DNA of 60,891 nucleotides, the filler included, from Basidiobolus ranarum (Eukaryota), in assembly GCA_040143965.1 (NCBI GenBank). It is 2 parts of 2 records of this genome, joined end to end, with 100 filler letters (N's around TTAATTAATTAA, not from the genome) between each part and the next. Parts side by side here need not be neighbours in the genome. Positions count along the whole stretch, not along the records: positions 1 to 30,443 come from JASJQH010006975.1; positions 30,544 to 60,891 come from JASJQH010006976.1. The stretch is one strand, 5' to 3'. How positions within the stretch are numbered: position 1 is the stretch's first letter; each line of letters starts with the position of its first letter. Both the position numbers and the translations under genes were made by a program. The notes under the pieces are model-generated. The model was not told the DNA's origin. It saw nothing but the letters and a program-made list of their open reading frames with translations, and did not search any database. Positions 27,100-40,631 of the stretch are shown in pieces.

Positions 27100-29082
27100 T
27101 TATGTGTGAGCAACTGGGGATTTCTGACGATTTAGGTGTTTACAGGCTTCATTAAGAATTTTCGTGAGCTTGTATGGTGTCCGAGGATAATGATTGCTCA
27201 TCTCCTTACTAAGCTCTACCATTTTTGCAAAGTTCTTCTGTTGAAAATATTTCTCGATAAGAGTGCTGTATGTTTCCAGTTTTGGTACCAATCCATCTTT
27301 TAGCATCTCCTCATATGTTATTAGTGAGGCTTCGAGATGTTCGTTAACTGCTAGAACACGGATAAGAGCATCATAGGTAATAGAGTCGGGAGCAACCTTA
27401 GAACTCTTCATATGTTCATAAAGTTCTAAAGCGGCGTTGATGTCCGAATTCCATGAATACGCACTAATGAGTATATTGTAAGTGATGACGTTGGGTGTAA
27501 TATTATGTGCTAACATCTGCTTAAACATCTCTAAAGCCTGCTTCAGATCTGAGTTTTTAACGTGGACATGGATCAGCGAAGAGAAGGTAACAACAGTGGG
27601 AGAGATTTGATTATCCATCATATTATGATACAATCTCATGGCCTCAGTGGTGTTTGAGACTTTGGCATGTGCGTTGATGAGGCTGTTATAGGTTACTACG
27701 GAGGGACTAACGTTGTTTACCAGCATATCCTCAAAGATTTGAATTGCCTGAGCGGTATCTAGATTCTTCACACATCCGTTAATAAGACCATTATACGTAG
27801 AAACAGAAGGTACATGTCTCTGTGATTTCATAGTGTTATACATTTCCAGAGCTTTGTTCAAGTATGAGCTTTTAAGAAACCCATGGATAAGATTACAGTA
27901 TGTGGAAGAATCTGGTTCCGTCTTTTGGATCAGCATGTGCTCATAAATCGTTAAGGCAGCCTGCATATCGCGTCGTTTAACATGCGCGTCTATCAAGGTA
28001 TTATAGGTGATGACATTCGGTTTAACTTCAGATTCGATCATCTTCTGGTAGATTTCCACCGCTTTTTCTAGCTTATTTTGCTTCAGATACATGCTAATCA
28101 AATTAGTAGCACTTATGACATCTAGCAAGATATTTCGGTTGGCCATCTCTTTTCGTAGTTCGGCTGCCTTTTCCATATTAGAAGCTTTGACGAAGCCGTC
28201 AATGAGCATTGTATAGATAACTTCGTTGGCTGGAATGCCTTTATCTTGCATTTCTTGAAACAGTTCCATAGCATGATCCATACCTGAATGCTTGATGTGC
28301 CCTTCTATCAATATTCCATATGTAAATTTGTCTGGATTCATCTGTGCGCGCGTCAAATCATTGTATATCTGGTTCATCAGAGTCAAGTCACCGTGTTTGG
28401 CACAAATTTTCAATAAAGAATTGTATGTTATAAGATTCGGCTTGATATTGTGACTGAGCATTTCTTTGAAGACTCCAAGGGCTTCTTTCGAGGAAATGCT
28501 GCCATAGACACCCATTAGTTCACTATAAACAATAGTATCCGGTTGGATATTTTTATCTTTCATTTGTTGGAAAATTGCTATGGCTTGTTGAACTTGGCCA
28601 ATCTTCCCATAATAGGCTATGAGAGCACCGTATTCTCGGGAGGTCTTCAGAACAGTCTCCAGCTCGAACATGCATCGGATGATCTTTTCACACCGTTGAC
28701 GAGTCTTTTCTTTGAGATCTCTATAGCCACTTGTAAGACGCAGTAGTTTAGCAAATTGTTCGGAAGATATTGTAACTCCCTGCTGGTTATTTATGAGCTT
28801 CTCAAAGGTTCTCCAAGCCAATTCTTTATCTCGGTTTTGAATTGCAACGTTTAAAGTACTCAGTAGATTCCCTTCTTGCATTGGAATGTGGGAGCCTTCA
28901 CTTTCTTGTAAAGCATGGGCGAATGAAGGGGAGTGAAGTTGGTAAGTACCAGTAAGTAGAGGGCGGTATGAGAGACGATTAGTGAGGGTAGGGAAATATA
29001 CTGAGACAGCTCGATAGCGAAGGGCAAAGGGAGGGGTTGAGCGAAAGGTGGACGTAACAAGGAATCTTCCTAGCTTCAGCAT
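27100..29082 (-). CDS. Pentatricopeptide-repeat (PPR) protein, probably mitochondrial (intronless)
   Basis: Long run of 35-aa repeats (PN/DxxTYNxLIxxxxK...A..LY..M) after an Arg-rich presequence-like N-terminus. Confidence 0.95.
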   Translation of the reverse strand: MLKLGRFLVTSTFRSTPPFALRYRAVSVYFPTLTNRLSYRPLLTGTYQLHSPSFAHALQESEGSHIPMQEGNLLSTLNVAIQNRDKELAWRTFEKLINNQQGVTISSEQFAKLLRLTSGYRDLKEKTRQRCEKIIRCMFELETVLKTSREYGALIAYYGKIGQVQQAIAIFQQMKDKNIQPDTIVYSELMGVYGSISSKEALGVFKEMLSHNIKPNLITYNSLLKICAKHGDLTLMNQIYNDLTRAQMNPDKFTYGILIEGHIKHSGMDHAMELFQEMQDKGIPANEVIYTMLIDGFVKASNMEKAAELRKEMANRNILLDVISATNLISMYLKQNKLEKAVEIYQKMIESEVKPNVITYNTLIDAHVKRRDMQAALTIYEHMLIQKTEPDSSTYCNLIHGFLKSSYLNKALEMYNTMKSQRHVPSVSTYNGLINGCVKNLDTAQAIQIFEDMLVNNVSPSVVTYNSLINAHAKVSNTTEAMRLYHNMMDNQISPTVVTFSSLIHVHVKNSDLKQALEMFKQMLAHNITPNVITYNILISAYSWNSDINAALELYEHMKSSKVAPDSITYDALIRVLAVNEHLEASLITYEEMLKDGLVPKLETYSTLIEKYFQQKNFAKMVELSKEMSNHYPRTPYKLTKILNEACKHLNRQKSPVAHT

Positions 29083-30443
29083 ATTGGCGGAAGGAAAGTA
29101 AAACGGTTTTCGAATTAACGAGTGTCACTATCAAATAGTTTTAAAATATCACAATAATACGAGTCTATGGAGAATTCGAAATAAAGAAATAATTTTCAAC
29201 AAATATCGTCTATTTGCTTAGATCGATTTGCCGTAAAATTTTAACTTTCCCCAATTACAAATTAGCCCCGCATATAAACTATCCCCAACTATTTATCACT
29301 CAATGTATCCCCTTGTATTTTGACCTATGCGTAGATTTAGCTAGCATCAAATACTCATGGATGTGTGGAGTGTGGAGCTCCAGAATATATATGATATAAT
29401 ATAGAATGATGCCAGTCTTGGACAAATGAAAAACTTGAGTTCAACAAATTCGCTCTCATAACAAACACTGGATGTAACATATATAGTATTCTTGATTCAA
29501 TGCATGCATCTACTGATGTTTCAATCAACGAATTATGGTTGCAAGACTAGCAAAATAAAATCAGCTGTTGATCTTCTTTAGATATGGCTCTAGGATGGTG
29601 AAGGAGAAGGTTGAATTGACGCAATGCTAGCATATACAGGGTGAAATATATAACCTTGATTGATGGACTTTGCAAATGTTCTCATTGTCATACTGAGGGT
29701 TGCATATGAGGTTTTCTCTGTTCAACTTCTGAAAGCAACTTTACTGCGGGCAAATCTATTGTAACACCAAACTCCAACAGAATCACGTGGTGCTAATCAT
29801 CCACATTTCTAAATAATTATATACAATTGAGATTAATCGATTACATTGGAAATCTAAATAAACACTGCCACAATAAGCATGTATTGCCAAATATTACTAT
29901 CAGTTGTAGTTTCTATAGTAGGTGACCGTTGAAGCTTTAGCCCTTTGATAAACATATCTCTCCGCCTTATGGATAGGCATGCCCAAGAAAATTCCGCTCG
30001 CAAAATTAAAATAATCAAGTATATATATTATTTCCTCAAGGAGAATGTTTGTAACTCCAGGTTCTTTCAAGTCTGAATAGAAGCAGACCTTTTCTATGAT
30101 TCAGTAATCTTGCCGGTTTGGATAACTAGAAGAGTCCAGTACAATTGCCACACAATCAACTTCATTTTGTACTGTTTTCATTTTCATCTGTAAGTTCAGT
30201 GAGTCATAGTAATGATGGTGGCATATTAGCAAAGTATTTCTTTTTATTTTCACAAACATAGCATATGATCATATGATTCCATATCTTAACCTGATGTAGA
30301 CTGAGTTTCGTTTGACCTGCAAAACGACTCCCATAACTTCTTCTTAATGGCACAGAGACACATCAACATGGGCAATACCTAGTAGCATAGCATTGGCAAT
30401 TAGAGTCGGACATCCTAGATTAACTGACAATACTGGTGCTGTA

Positions 30444-30543
30444 NNNNNNNNNNNNNNNNNNNNNNNNNNNNNNNNNNNNNNNNNNNNTTAATTAATTAAN
30501 NNNNNNNNNNNNNNNNNNNNNNNNNNNNNNNNNNNNNNNNNNN
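30444..30543. other. Artificial assembly gap / contig-joining spacer
   Basis: 44 N + TTAATTAATTAA (stops in all six frames) + 44 N = exactly 100 nt. Confidence 0.95.
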
Positions 30544-30657
30544 TTAGTTAAGAAACTGCAACAGTAGTTATGGCTTCTTTGTTTTGTTTGAAAAAAAGAT
30601 TTCACCTTTTGGTGACTGTCTCCCCCCCTAACTATAAGCTAAATAAAGTCCACACCA

Positions 30658-31379
30658 TCTGGTGCTTTTCATCCCCCCTATTCTTCCCATATACTGGTAA
30701 CTTGTGAATATTTTGAGAGAGGGGTGTACATGGGGGATTGCATCCCCCAAACCCCCTGCTTTCTTTTTATACTGGGAGGACTGCATCCCCCAGGCCCCCT
30801 TTTTCATTCTTACGCTTACCAAAACATCTATACCCTAAATGTTTCCAGTACTAGTCAGCTTGAAAGTTAGTATGTTTTTGAAATTATAGAAGGTTCAGAC
30901 ATCTGACCTTTAGAACATTAGGGCAAGCCCAATTCTTCACATATACTAATTACTTGAGTATATTCCGACCCAATGGCGTACATGGGGGATTGCATCCCCC
31001 ATACCCCCTGCTTTGTTTTAAACTGGGAGGGCTGCTGCCCCCACACCCCCTGTTTTCCTGCTTACCCTTACCAGAACATCTATACCCTGAGCAACTTATG
31101 ACTATTAGTAACTCTCAGGACTAGCTCACTAGAAATGCCCTAGTTTTGGCTCCATCCACTCTGGAAGACTCTACTCAGGCCCCATCCCTTCTGGAAATCT
31201 TGACTCTTGGCTCCATCCTATCTGGAATACAATTAGGCCTAGCTTACTAGGAAACTCAGCTTTGTCCACATCTTGACTTTATTTCTGAATATTGTATTCT
31301 AAGTTGGCTTAATTATTTATTGACTTTGTTTAAATTGATAAATGAATATTACAACTTCTGGTGCTTTTCATCCCCCCTA
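30658..31379. repeat. Composite repeat with GC hairpins; possible non-autonomous mobile-element remnant
   Basis: Identical 23-bp TCTGGTGCTTTTCATCCCCCCTA at 30658-30680 and 31357-31379. Diverged ~110-bp direct repeats at 30726-30836 and 30978-31088, each with the hairpin TGGGGGAT-TGC-ATCCCCCA. Three ~30-bp GGC(T)CCATCC...TCTGGAA units at ~31148-31230. Confidence 0.75.
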
Positions 31380-33741
31380 ACTGCATTAAACTGATAATAC
31401 ATATAATAAGCAAAGACATATTTGCTCCTGGGCTTTTTTCATTGTAGATCTTTTAGTATCATCAATATTTCTGGTATGCTCCATGGATTATTTGATGTAG
31501 TGTTTGAATTGTTTGTTACTAGTAATATTTTCAGGCATAACATGTATTATCACTGCTCGTCAGAGAAAAGATGACAGATCACTATACCTATTGTGATCAG
31601 TGCTTCTTGAGTTCTCAAGCTCATCATAAGTTAACGTTTTCTCAGGCATATTTGCCTACCATTGATCTCAAGATTTGTAGCAGTTAGATACCAGGAAAAA
31701 TACTATGCAACATGTTCTTGATTTGAATATGCAGAAATTCTAAATTAATGTTGGCATATCAGTTCCTCAAACTAAATATATTATGGCGATACATGATTGT
31801 CATCAAAAAATCACTTCAATAAAAGCTTCAGTGAAGAATATTGAAACGTAAAGCATTGCAGCCATTAGTAAATCGTAATCCTAAGGCACCTTAATGGTTT
31901 AGAAGATACGACATAGTCGATTCTCTATCCTCTTATCAAATCGATACTGGCTATAGATTTCTATTCTCTATTTCAGCATGTCGCCAAGTTATGTGCCGCT
32001 ATAATGTAATGCCTGTTGCATTAATGGAGCTCGAGCCAAGGAATTGGTTTGGATTCCGAAAATGTATCGCTTTACTGCAACTAGATTATATCATAGTCAC
32101 ATTATCTCTTACATTCCCATATTTGGCGATTTGAATCAATATGCTGGTCATTATTAGACAGAAGCCACCTGACACACTTCACGCAACTTAAATATTTCTA
32201 GCCAACTGAAGCACTATCCGTTAGTTTATCTCTGATATACTATCGATATATCTCATCATGCAAATCTCGTGATAAATATTCTTCTCTTATAAGAATGAAA
32301 CATAATGGAATTAGGAGTTAGGTTAGAGCTTGGTTCTTCAGGCCTTTAGGTACCAGGGACAGTAACCGGATACTTACTTTTTAACGTAAAATACACTTAG
32401 CCCCAACCACCCCCCCTCTTGGATTTTCTAACATTTACCTTTTATTGACGTAAGAGACGGAAGATTATCACGGAATTCTTGTGTGATAAGTGCCCTCACT
32501 GCAAGAATGAAAGAATATAACAGCACAATTACACGGGTAATGGCTACTAGAATATAAACAGGGTAATTATTCTTGGCTTTTATTACAAGTAGCAATTAAC
32601 TTTATTGAAGAATTTTCGCGGTGGAATGTTGCGTATTCCCAATGAGGTGGGTAGAGACAATATACATGTGCATTCATATATAAAATTACAATTCCAGTAA
32701 CAATGAATATTTCGGCTAAGCAGATGCAAACGTTTTCACTGCTTGAAAGTAAGGAATTTCAAAGAATTTTCTTCCAACCTTCTCATCGACTGGTAAATGT
32801 TTCAATGCTTATGGATCCATCAATGTAGTAGATGCTTTGGAGGATCATGGGTTAAAAAAGGATACTAAATCAGCATGATCATCTTATCTAGGATTAGAAC
32901 TGATGAAGAATATATGAGAATGCCAATCTAACTTATATATATTGCGGAAAGGAGAGCACACTTCCATTTTAGGCTGTTAGTAATGTGTTCATTACTAATT
33001 CACCTCAATCCATTAGGGCTAGGTGACTCTGATGCGATCCAAGGCTAATATTTGGCCGAAGCCGAGATCATGATAATTTAGTTTTTACGGGTTAGATTTC
33101 ATTACTGAACTTTAATCAGCAGAGTTGCAAGAAGCTATTTGAAAGGGATGAGGATAGCTTGTTTTTGTAGCTTGTTTTTGCTACACATAACTCTTGAGCC
33201 CCCTTTTATTCCCCCACCCCATATGGTATCATAAACATTGTTGCCAAAAGTCTGCCAATTTCTAATTACAGCAACCACCAAAAATGGTCTGCCGATCAGC
33301 ACCACCAGATACAAGTTGCTTTGAGTAAAGTTTGTGATCGTAGGTGGGGTGACGTCTGAGCTATCATAGCTAGCAAAAGGGATCTAGAATATATTGCAAG
33401 TATATTAATACGGTATTGGGTGTAATGAAACTCTGAATCACGCCGGATTCTATTTAAGCCAACCACCGTGATGGAGAATTCCGATAATTCCTCCGTTCAT
33501 GCTCAGATATCTCGTTCATGCGGAAAAACTGGGCAATAACCACCAATTGGCCCAAATTGGAATTGGTTTTACAAGTAGTGTTGATTATTAGCATGTTGCA
33601 AAAACGATTAATCTTTCGCTATCTCTGAAGCGGAACTCTGTTTTGTATATAATATCGATTCGATGACCTTAAATAACAATTACTTTCGCACTACTCCATC
33701 CTAATCTCGCGCTCCTGTCTAGCGGCGATTAAGTAGAATCA

Positions 33742-36700
33742 ATGTCACAACATTCCCAGTCTGTGACTAAAGATGAGTTACCCAACTCAGAACTTTCGCA
33801 TTCAAAACCACATGCCTCTGTATCGTATGTCTTGGGTGATGATGATAATGCTAGTACTTGCATAGATCCATCAGACGACAGCATAGATGTAGAACGTAAT
33901 ACCGAAATGTTACGCGATCTTGAACGGCGTTTATCAAGAATGTCCACAAAGCAATCTCAAAAGTCGACCAACCCTGCTGATCCTGAGAAGGGTCCACCAC
34001 AAGAAGAAGAATTCAATTTCAGGGATTATTTAGAGTCTGGTGTACGTGCTGCTGACGAGAATGGCATTCGTAGACACCACATGGGTGTGACTTTTAAAAA
34101 CCTGACCATTGTTGGAGAAGGCAGTGATGCAACTAGTATATTAACCCTCCTCAGTCCTCTTAAAGCTATAGGAAGGATGCTCAATCCCTTGGGATGGTAG
34201 GTTATTCTGTTTCACTATTTTCTTGTCATGATAACTAACACAATTGGTCGTTGCAGGTTTACTGAGGCTAAAAAGGGTACTAAATTTGACATTATACACA
34301 ATGTTACTGGTTACTGCCCAGAAGGAGAGATGCTATTGGTCCTAGGCAGACCTGGCGCTGGGTGCTCAAGTTTGTTACGTGTCCTAGCAAATTCTCGACA
34401 AGGATTCCTTGATATCATTGGTGATGTTAAATTTGGCGGCATTTCTGCTGAAAATTTCGGTAAATACCTTGGTGAAGCCATTTATTGTATGGAGGAAGAT
34501 GCACATTACCCAGAGTTGACTGTTAAAGAGACTTTGGGTTTTGCGTTGAAAATGAAGACTCCAGCTCGTCGTTTGCCTGGAATTAGTCGTAAAGATTTTC
34601 AGAGAGAATTTATGGACACATTATTGAGAATATTTGGTTTAAAAAAGCAAGAAAATACGGTTAGTATCATCTCATCTATAGAACTTTACTTGTATAATTC
34701 AATCTTAACATTGATTTCTACCCTCCAGGTTGTTGGTAACGCATGGGTAAGAGGTCTTTCAGGCGGTGAGAGAAAGCGTATGACAATCTCAGAGGCCATG
34801 ACAGCTCGTAGTGCCATAGCAACTTGGGATTGTCCCACTAGAGGTCTCGACTCTGCTAGTGCACTGGATTATAACAAATCACTTCGCATTCAATGTGATG
34901 CACTCAACAAAACCACAATTGCTACTCTATACCAGGCTTCTGATAGTATCTACAATCTTTACGACAAAGTCATGTTACTTTATCTTGGACGTTGCATCTT
35001 CTTTGGACCTAAAGATCGAGCCAAGGATTACTTCCTGGAGATGGGATACACCTGTGAACCAAGAAAGAGTATTCCTGATTTTCTAACTGGTATTACCAAT
35101 CCTAATGAGCGTCTTATTGCTAAAGGATTTGAAGGTAGAGTACCAGAGAGTCCCGAAGAATTTGAAAGATATTTCCAAGAATCTCCAGATTATAAGCTTC
35201 TACTTCAGAACATGGTTGAGTATGACGCCAAGATAGAAAGTGAACAACCCGCAGCTGAATTCAAGAAGTACGTTCAAGAAATCAAGCAGAAAGGTGTCCG
35301 CAATGGTAGTGTTTACTCTGCCAATTTTTACGAACAGGTTGTTGCCCTTACCACACGCCAATTCCAGATCTTATGGGGAGACAAACATGCTCTATACGAG
35401 CGTTACATATCTGTTCTCATCCAAGCTTTCGTTTACGGTTCCGTCTTCTACATGATGGGTTTAAATTCCACTGGTGCCTTTCAAAGAGGTGGTGCACTTC
35501 TGAGTTCTCTCCTATTCAATGCCTTTCTGTCTCAAGCCGAATTACCTAACGTTCTAGCTGGTCGTATGACATTACAAAAACACAAATCTTACGCCATGTA
35601 CCATCCATCAGCATTCCATATAGCCCGCGTGGTTACAGATATACCCATCATTTTTGTTCAGTGTCTAATGTATGCAATCATTGCATATTTCATGTTTGGC
35701 CTGGAGAGAGATGCCGGGAAATTCTTCGTTTTCCTATTCATTAACATTTTAACGACCTTGGCTACGACTGATCTATTCAGGTAAAAGATATTGCAACACT
35801 GTTAAAATTATATGGAGTTAACGCTTATTTGGTTGGTAGATTGCTTGGTAATTGTAGTCCATCGATTTATGTTGCATTCCAGCTCACCGGTATTGTCTTG
35901 ATTACATTGATTACCTACTGTGGTTTCTCCATTCCGTACACCAAGATGCATCCTTGGGTATGTATTATCTTCTGTTGAACATGTTTCATCACAATGAATA
36001 ACACTAGATTGATTTAGTTATACTGGATTTATTGGATCGATCCTTATGCTTATGCCTTTAAAGCCTTGTTCACTAACGAAATGCGTGGACTTAAGTTTCC
36101 ATGTGTTGCACCTGCTGGCCTGGCACCCAGTGGACCCGGTTACAATGATGCTGCTCATCAAGTCTGTGTTCTTGCCGGTGCTAAGCCGGGTGAACTCTTT
36201 GTTACTGGAGACGATTATCTTGAAGCAGCCTATGGATACTTAACTTCCCAAATGAGTATCGATATTATCGCCGTGTTACTCTTCTGGTTGTTTTTCGTAG
36301 CTTGTAACATGCTTGCTATGGAGAAGATCAACTGGGTCACTGGTGGATTTGTTAAGAAAGTCTACAAAGCTGGAAAGGCCCCGGGTCATTCCGATGAGGA
36401 AGAATTAAAGCGAGTTCAAGAAGCCCAAAATGCTTATGACAACATGGGCGACAACTTCGCTGCTGAAGCCGGTATATTTACTTGGGACCGTGTTAATTAC
36501 ACTGTTCCATTCCAAGGCAGCAAGCTACAGCTTTTAACTAACTGTGAAGGCTGGATTAAACCAGGTCAGATGACTGCTCTTATGGGCTCATCCGGCGCTG
36601 GTAAGACCACGCTACTTGATGTACTTGCAAAGAGAAAAACCATTGGTGTGGTTGAGGGAGATATCTTCCTGAACGGAAACGCCCTACACATTGATTTTGA

Positions 36701-38419
36701 ACGTATCACAGGATATGTTGAGCAAATGGATGTACACAATCCTAATGTAAGTTTACATTGTATTTTTGTATTTCCAGACGACTACTAATCATATTTGTGA
36801 ATTTTCAGCTAACTGTTCGTGAAGCTTTGCAATTTTCGGCCAAAATGCGTCAACCTATGGAAACTCCACTAGAGGAGAAGTACGAGTATGTTGAAACCGT
36901 CCTGAAAATGATGGAAATGCAACATTTAGGTGATGCACTTATTGGAATGCTCGAAGCTGGCGTAGGTATATCGGTGGAAGAGCGTAAACGCTTAACTATT
37001 GGTATGGAACTTGTTGCCAAACCAACTATTCTGTTCTTGGATGAGCCTACTTCCGGACTGGACTCTCAATCCTCCTTCAATATCATTAAATTTATTCGTA
37101 AACTTGCCGATTCTGGTATGGCGTTAGTGTGCACCATCCATCAACCTTCTTCCATTCTATTTGAGCATTTCGATCGACTATTGTTACTGGCTCGTGGTGG
37201 CAAGGTGGCATACTTTGGAGATATTGGAGATAATTCAGTTATTATGAACGATTATTTCGAACGAAATGGTGCTCGTCGTTGTGATCAATCCGAAAACCCT
37301 GCCGAATACATTCTGGAAGTCATCGGCGCTGGTACTTCTGGAAAGGCGATGCAGGATTGGACTGAGGTGTGGAGAAATAGCCAAGAGGCCATTGAAGTTA
37401 AAAAAGAATTGGAAAGATTAAATGCAAATGCTACTAACGACATCAAGGACCCCAACGTTCGTGAATTTGCCACCAGTTCCACCTATCAAATTTGGGAAGT
37501 ATACAAGCGTATCAACCTAATTTGGTGGAGAGATCCCTACTTTAATATTGGTCGTATTTGGCAAGCATTCTTTATCGGACTTCTCAATGGTTTTACTTTC
37601 TGGAAGTTGTCACCAACTCCTAGTGAGTTACAACTCCGTTCTTTGATTGTTTTCCAAATTTTGGTGATGGGACTGACCTTGATTTTCTCGATTCAGCCAC
37701 AATTTATGGCTCAGCGTGCATTCTTCCGACGTGACTATGCCTCAAAATACTACGGGTTCTTTGCATTTGCCCTTGCCATGATCCTTGTAGAAATTCCCTA
37801 CATGTGTGTAGCTGGCGCCCTTGGATTCTTACCACTGTATTGGACAGCTGGTTTGCAGACCACCGCGTTGGATGGATTCTACTTATATCTTTTGTTGATT
37901 ATTTTCCTACTTTTCTCCATTTCGTTTGGTCTAGCCATTGCGGCTATGTTACAAACCATGGCACAAGCCTCCATCGTAACTCCAATTCCCAATACATTCC
38001 TCTTTCTATTCGCCGGTCTTCTATCACCTCCTGCAGCCATGGTTACCTTTTGGAGAGTTTGGATGTATCCCCTCGATCCTTATCATTATTTCTTGGAAGG
38101 ATTTGTGACGACCATCTTCAACAACATGCAAGTGAGATGTATTGAGTCCGACTTCACTCGATTCACACCACCAAGTGGACAAACCTGTGGTGAATACAGT
38201 GCTAACTGGTTGAATTCCACCACTGGATATTTACAAGATCCATCTGCTACCGATGTATGCAAGTATTGTCAATACACAAGTGGTGAAGAATTCTTGAAAG
38301 TATTTGAATGGACGATTAGTCATAGATGGAGAAATTTCGGAATTCTATGGTGTTACTACATCTTTAATATATCGGTATTTATATTATTTGTCTGGCTTAA
38401 CAGGAAACCAAAGCGATAG
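33742..38419 (+). CDS. Full-size PDR (ABCG) pleiotropic drug-resistance transporter, multi-exon
   Basis: NBD1 GRPGAGCS (Cys-type Walker A), LSGGERKR, WD Walker B; TMD1; NBD2 GSSGAGKT, ISVEERKR, FLDEPTSGLD, CTIHQPS; TMD2 with the PDR_CDR Cys-rich loop (TCGEY...CKYCQY...RWRNFG). Confidence 0.96.
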
Positions 38420-39752
38420 ATGATTCAAAACATGAACTTGACTCCAACTCTTACCCTTACCCAATCATTCGGCATAACTTAAAAGTAATTATACCTAATA
38501 AATTTTCATGTCGATTAGTCATATGTTTTTTACTTTGAATTCGTAGATCGATACCAGAACCTGTCCAACTTCATTACAAGCATGAATCGTTGGATGGAAT
38601 AATTAATCCAAATTAGCAAGTAACGATTTGCATGAATATTGTTGATTCCTAGCAGTCAGCAACCTTCAACGCCTTATATAGATGCCAGAAAATTGAGGGT
38701 GGTTTTAAAGGAAAAAGGCACTCTAATCAACTGGCACAATAATAGAATTCGTGGTTAAAAATCTGATGTGATAGTAGTATGTTGATTGTTAAATGGAATT
38801 AAATTATCATATTCAATATTATAATAAAAATGATTAATATAATGGTTGTAAGTTATTTTTTTACCTTTTATTACTACTTCATATTGAGTGCTGATTTTTC
38901 AGGACTTTTGTTACATTGTTGTAACTCCTGAAAATACTGGAACTTAATGTGGGGCTAAAACTGAATATTTTTCCTTCTTCGTAGACCTTGATCAACGATA
39001 CATGGTCTTAGGCGACGGCCAACGGGCACATAGGTAGCCTGATCGAATCCGTAGCCCGATGTAAAGTTACAATGATGATTACAACAGTTAGGGACATCAT
39101 AGTGAGTTAACACTCCTGATGAGAAAAACTGGGAAATTAGATAGTTAATCTGAGTTCATAAACTTTTTTTATTGTCACGATCATATATAGTTCAGATCAG
39201 CATGGGATATTTCCTTTTAGATAATAATATGATCGTAATCAGTTTGTCAAATATATTTGAATTTCATCACTCCGTCATTCCATCCCACAATTTCAGGAAA
39301 TCCCAAAATATGCTCAAAAAGAAGTTGTTGTCAATTATGAGAAATTAATTCTCAGTAGGAAACTTTTACCTGTTATTTTATAAATAACATATAGTTTTCT
39401 TATGATGTAATCGGGTTACATGACTAACTTTTGATTAGACAAACCCAGGGACACTTGGATTGCAACCCAAGTGTTCCAATTGCTGATTTGAGAAATTCTC
39501 TTCTTTATTTAAACGAATAATAATAATTACCAAAATACATATTCCGCCCATTTTGAAGTGGGAATGCTCACCTCAAGGGTTTCTTTCCTTTTGTTTCAAT
39601 TTGAATAACTAGAACTTACTGTCCATATGTTTTTGAATGGTCTACGCTAAATATTATCTATCATCAACATGTGATCAAGTAGAGAAAAATACGAAAACAT
39701 CATGTTTCTGACAAGTAATTTCACTCTAGATGGTCCATATATACGATTAAAA

Positions 39753-39834
39753 TGATGAGAGTGGGGTTCGACCCCACGCCTCCGAAGAGACTGCGACCTG
39801 AACGCAGCGCCTTAGACCACTCGGCCATCTCACC
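39753..39834 (-). tRNA. tRNA-Leu (anticodon CAG), intronless, T-loop variant
   Basis: GGTGAGATGGCCGAGTGGTCTAAGGCGCTGCGTT-CAG-GTCGCAGTCTCTTCGGAGGCGTGGGGTCGAACCCCACTCTCATCA folds as a cloverleaf with a long variable arm; TTTT follows immediately. Confidence 0.9.
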
Positions 39835-40631
39835 GTATACAAGAACTGTGTGATTTCTGGCAACACCTTTTCATAAATAACCATTGAATTTTAGGTAAAA
39901 AAAAGTTAGTTGTAATGGTTTAGTTAATGATCCTTCTGAATAACAAGAAAATTCTACAAAAGTATATAGACTTCTATTATTGATCATCAGCGTAGACTTT
40001 GATGCACCTTTCAGGACCATTATTGCGCAAATTTTTGAACCTAAAACATGAATGCGTGCATCAATATCAAGGTATTCTGTTCTCGAGAACGATACCACAC
40101 TGGTAGGCAACTCTTGACTTCTCAGGTTGGCGGTGTACCAGTAGATTAAGCACTAACATTTACCAAAACATAATGGCAATGAGGCAGCAATTGTGGTGAA
40201 AATAGTGGAAAATACAATTAATAAAGCAAGGATGAAACACATGCTTAAAGGACTAGTAAATGTAATGTAAATGCATTCCGTTACTACTTACACTATAATG
40301 TGTAATATCTAAAGCTTATGTACTCCTTGCCGAAAGTAAATAAGTAAATTGTTCGATATCATATTGAATGGAACTATGAATTATAGTAGTATTATTAGAT
40401 AATGTATGTACCTTTTAATTCATCAACAATTACTCCCACTTCTATATTTCTACACTTGGAGGATATTCACCATATTCCATCGTGTTGGCAAATAAGTATT
40501 AACTCAAAAACGCTTTCGAATAATGTATACTCCTCTATTTGGGATTAAATATGTCATACATGTTTCATAGGATTACCGTTAGTACAAACTAAAGCTCGCG
40601 ATCTTGGACATCTGCATATTGATAATATGTA

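Noticed and set aside
30658-31379. CRISPR-like array
   Set aside because: Eukaryotic context, only 2-3 degenerate copies, no regular unique spacers and no cas genes.
38950-39120. Exon-like minus-strand stretch (GVLTHYDVPNCCNHHCNFTSGYGFDQATYVPVG)
   Set aside because: No recognisable family and no partner exons.
39970-40242. Signal-peptide-like MCFILALLIVFSTIFTTIAA on the minus strand
   Set aside because: Followed quickly by stops; no consistent gene model. At best a decayed small secreted gene.
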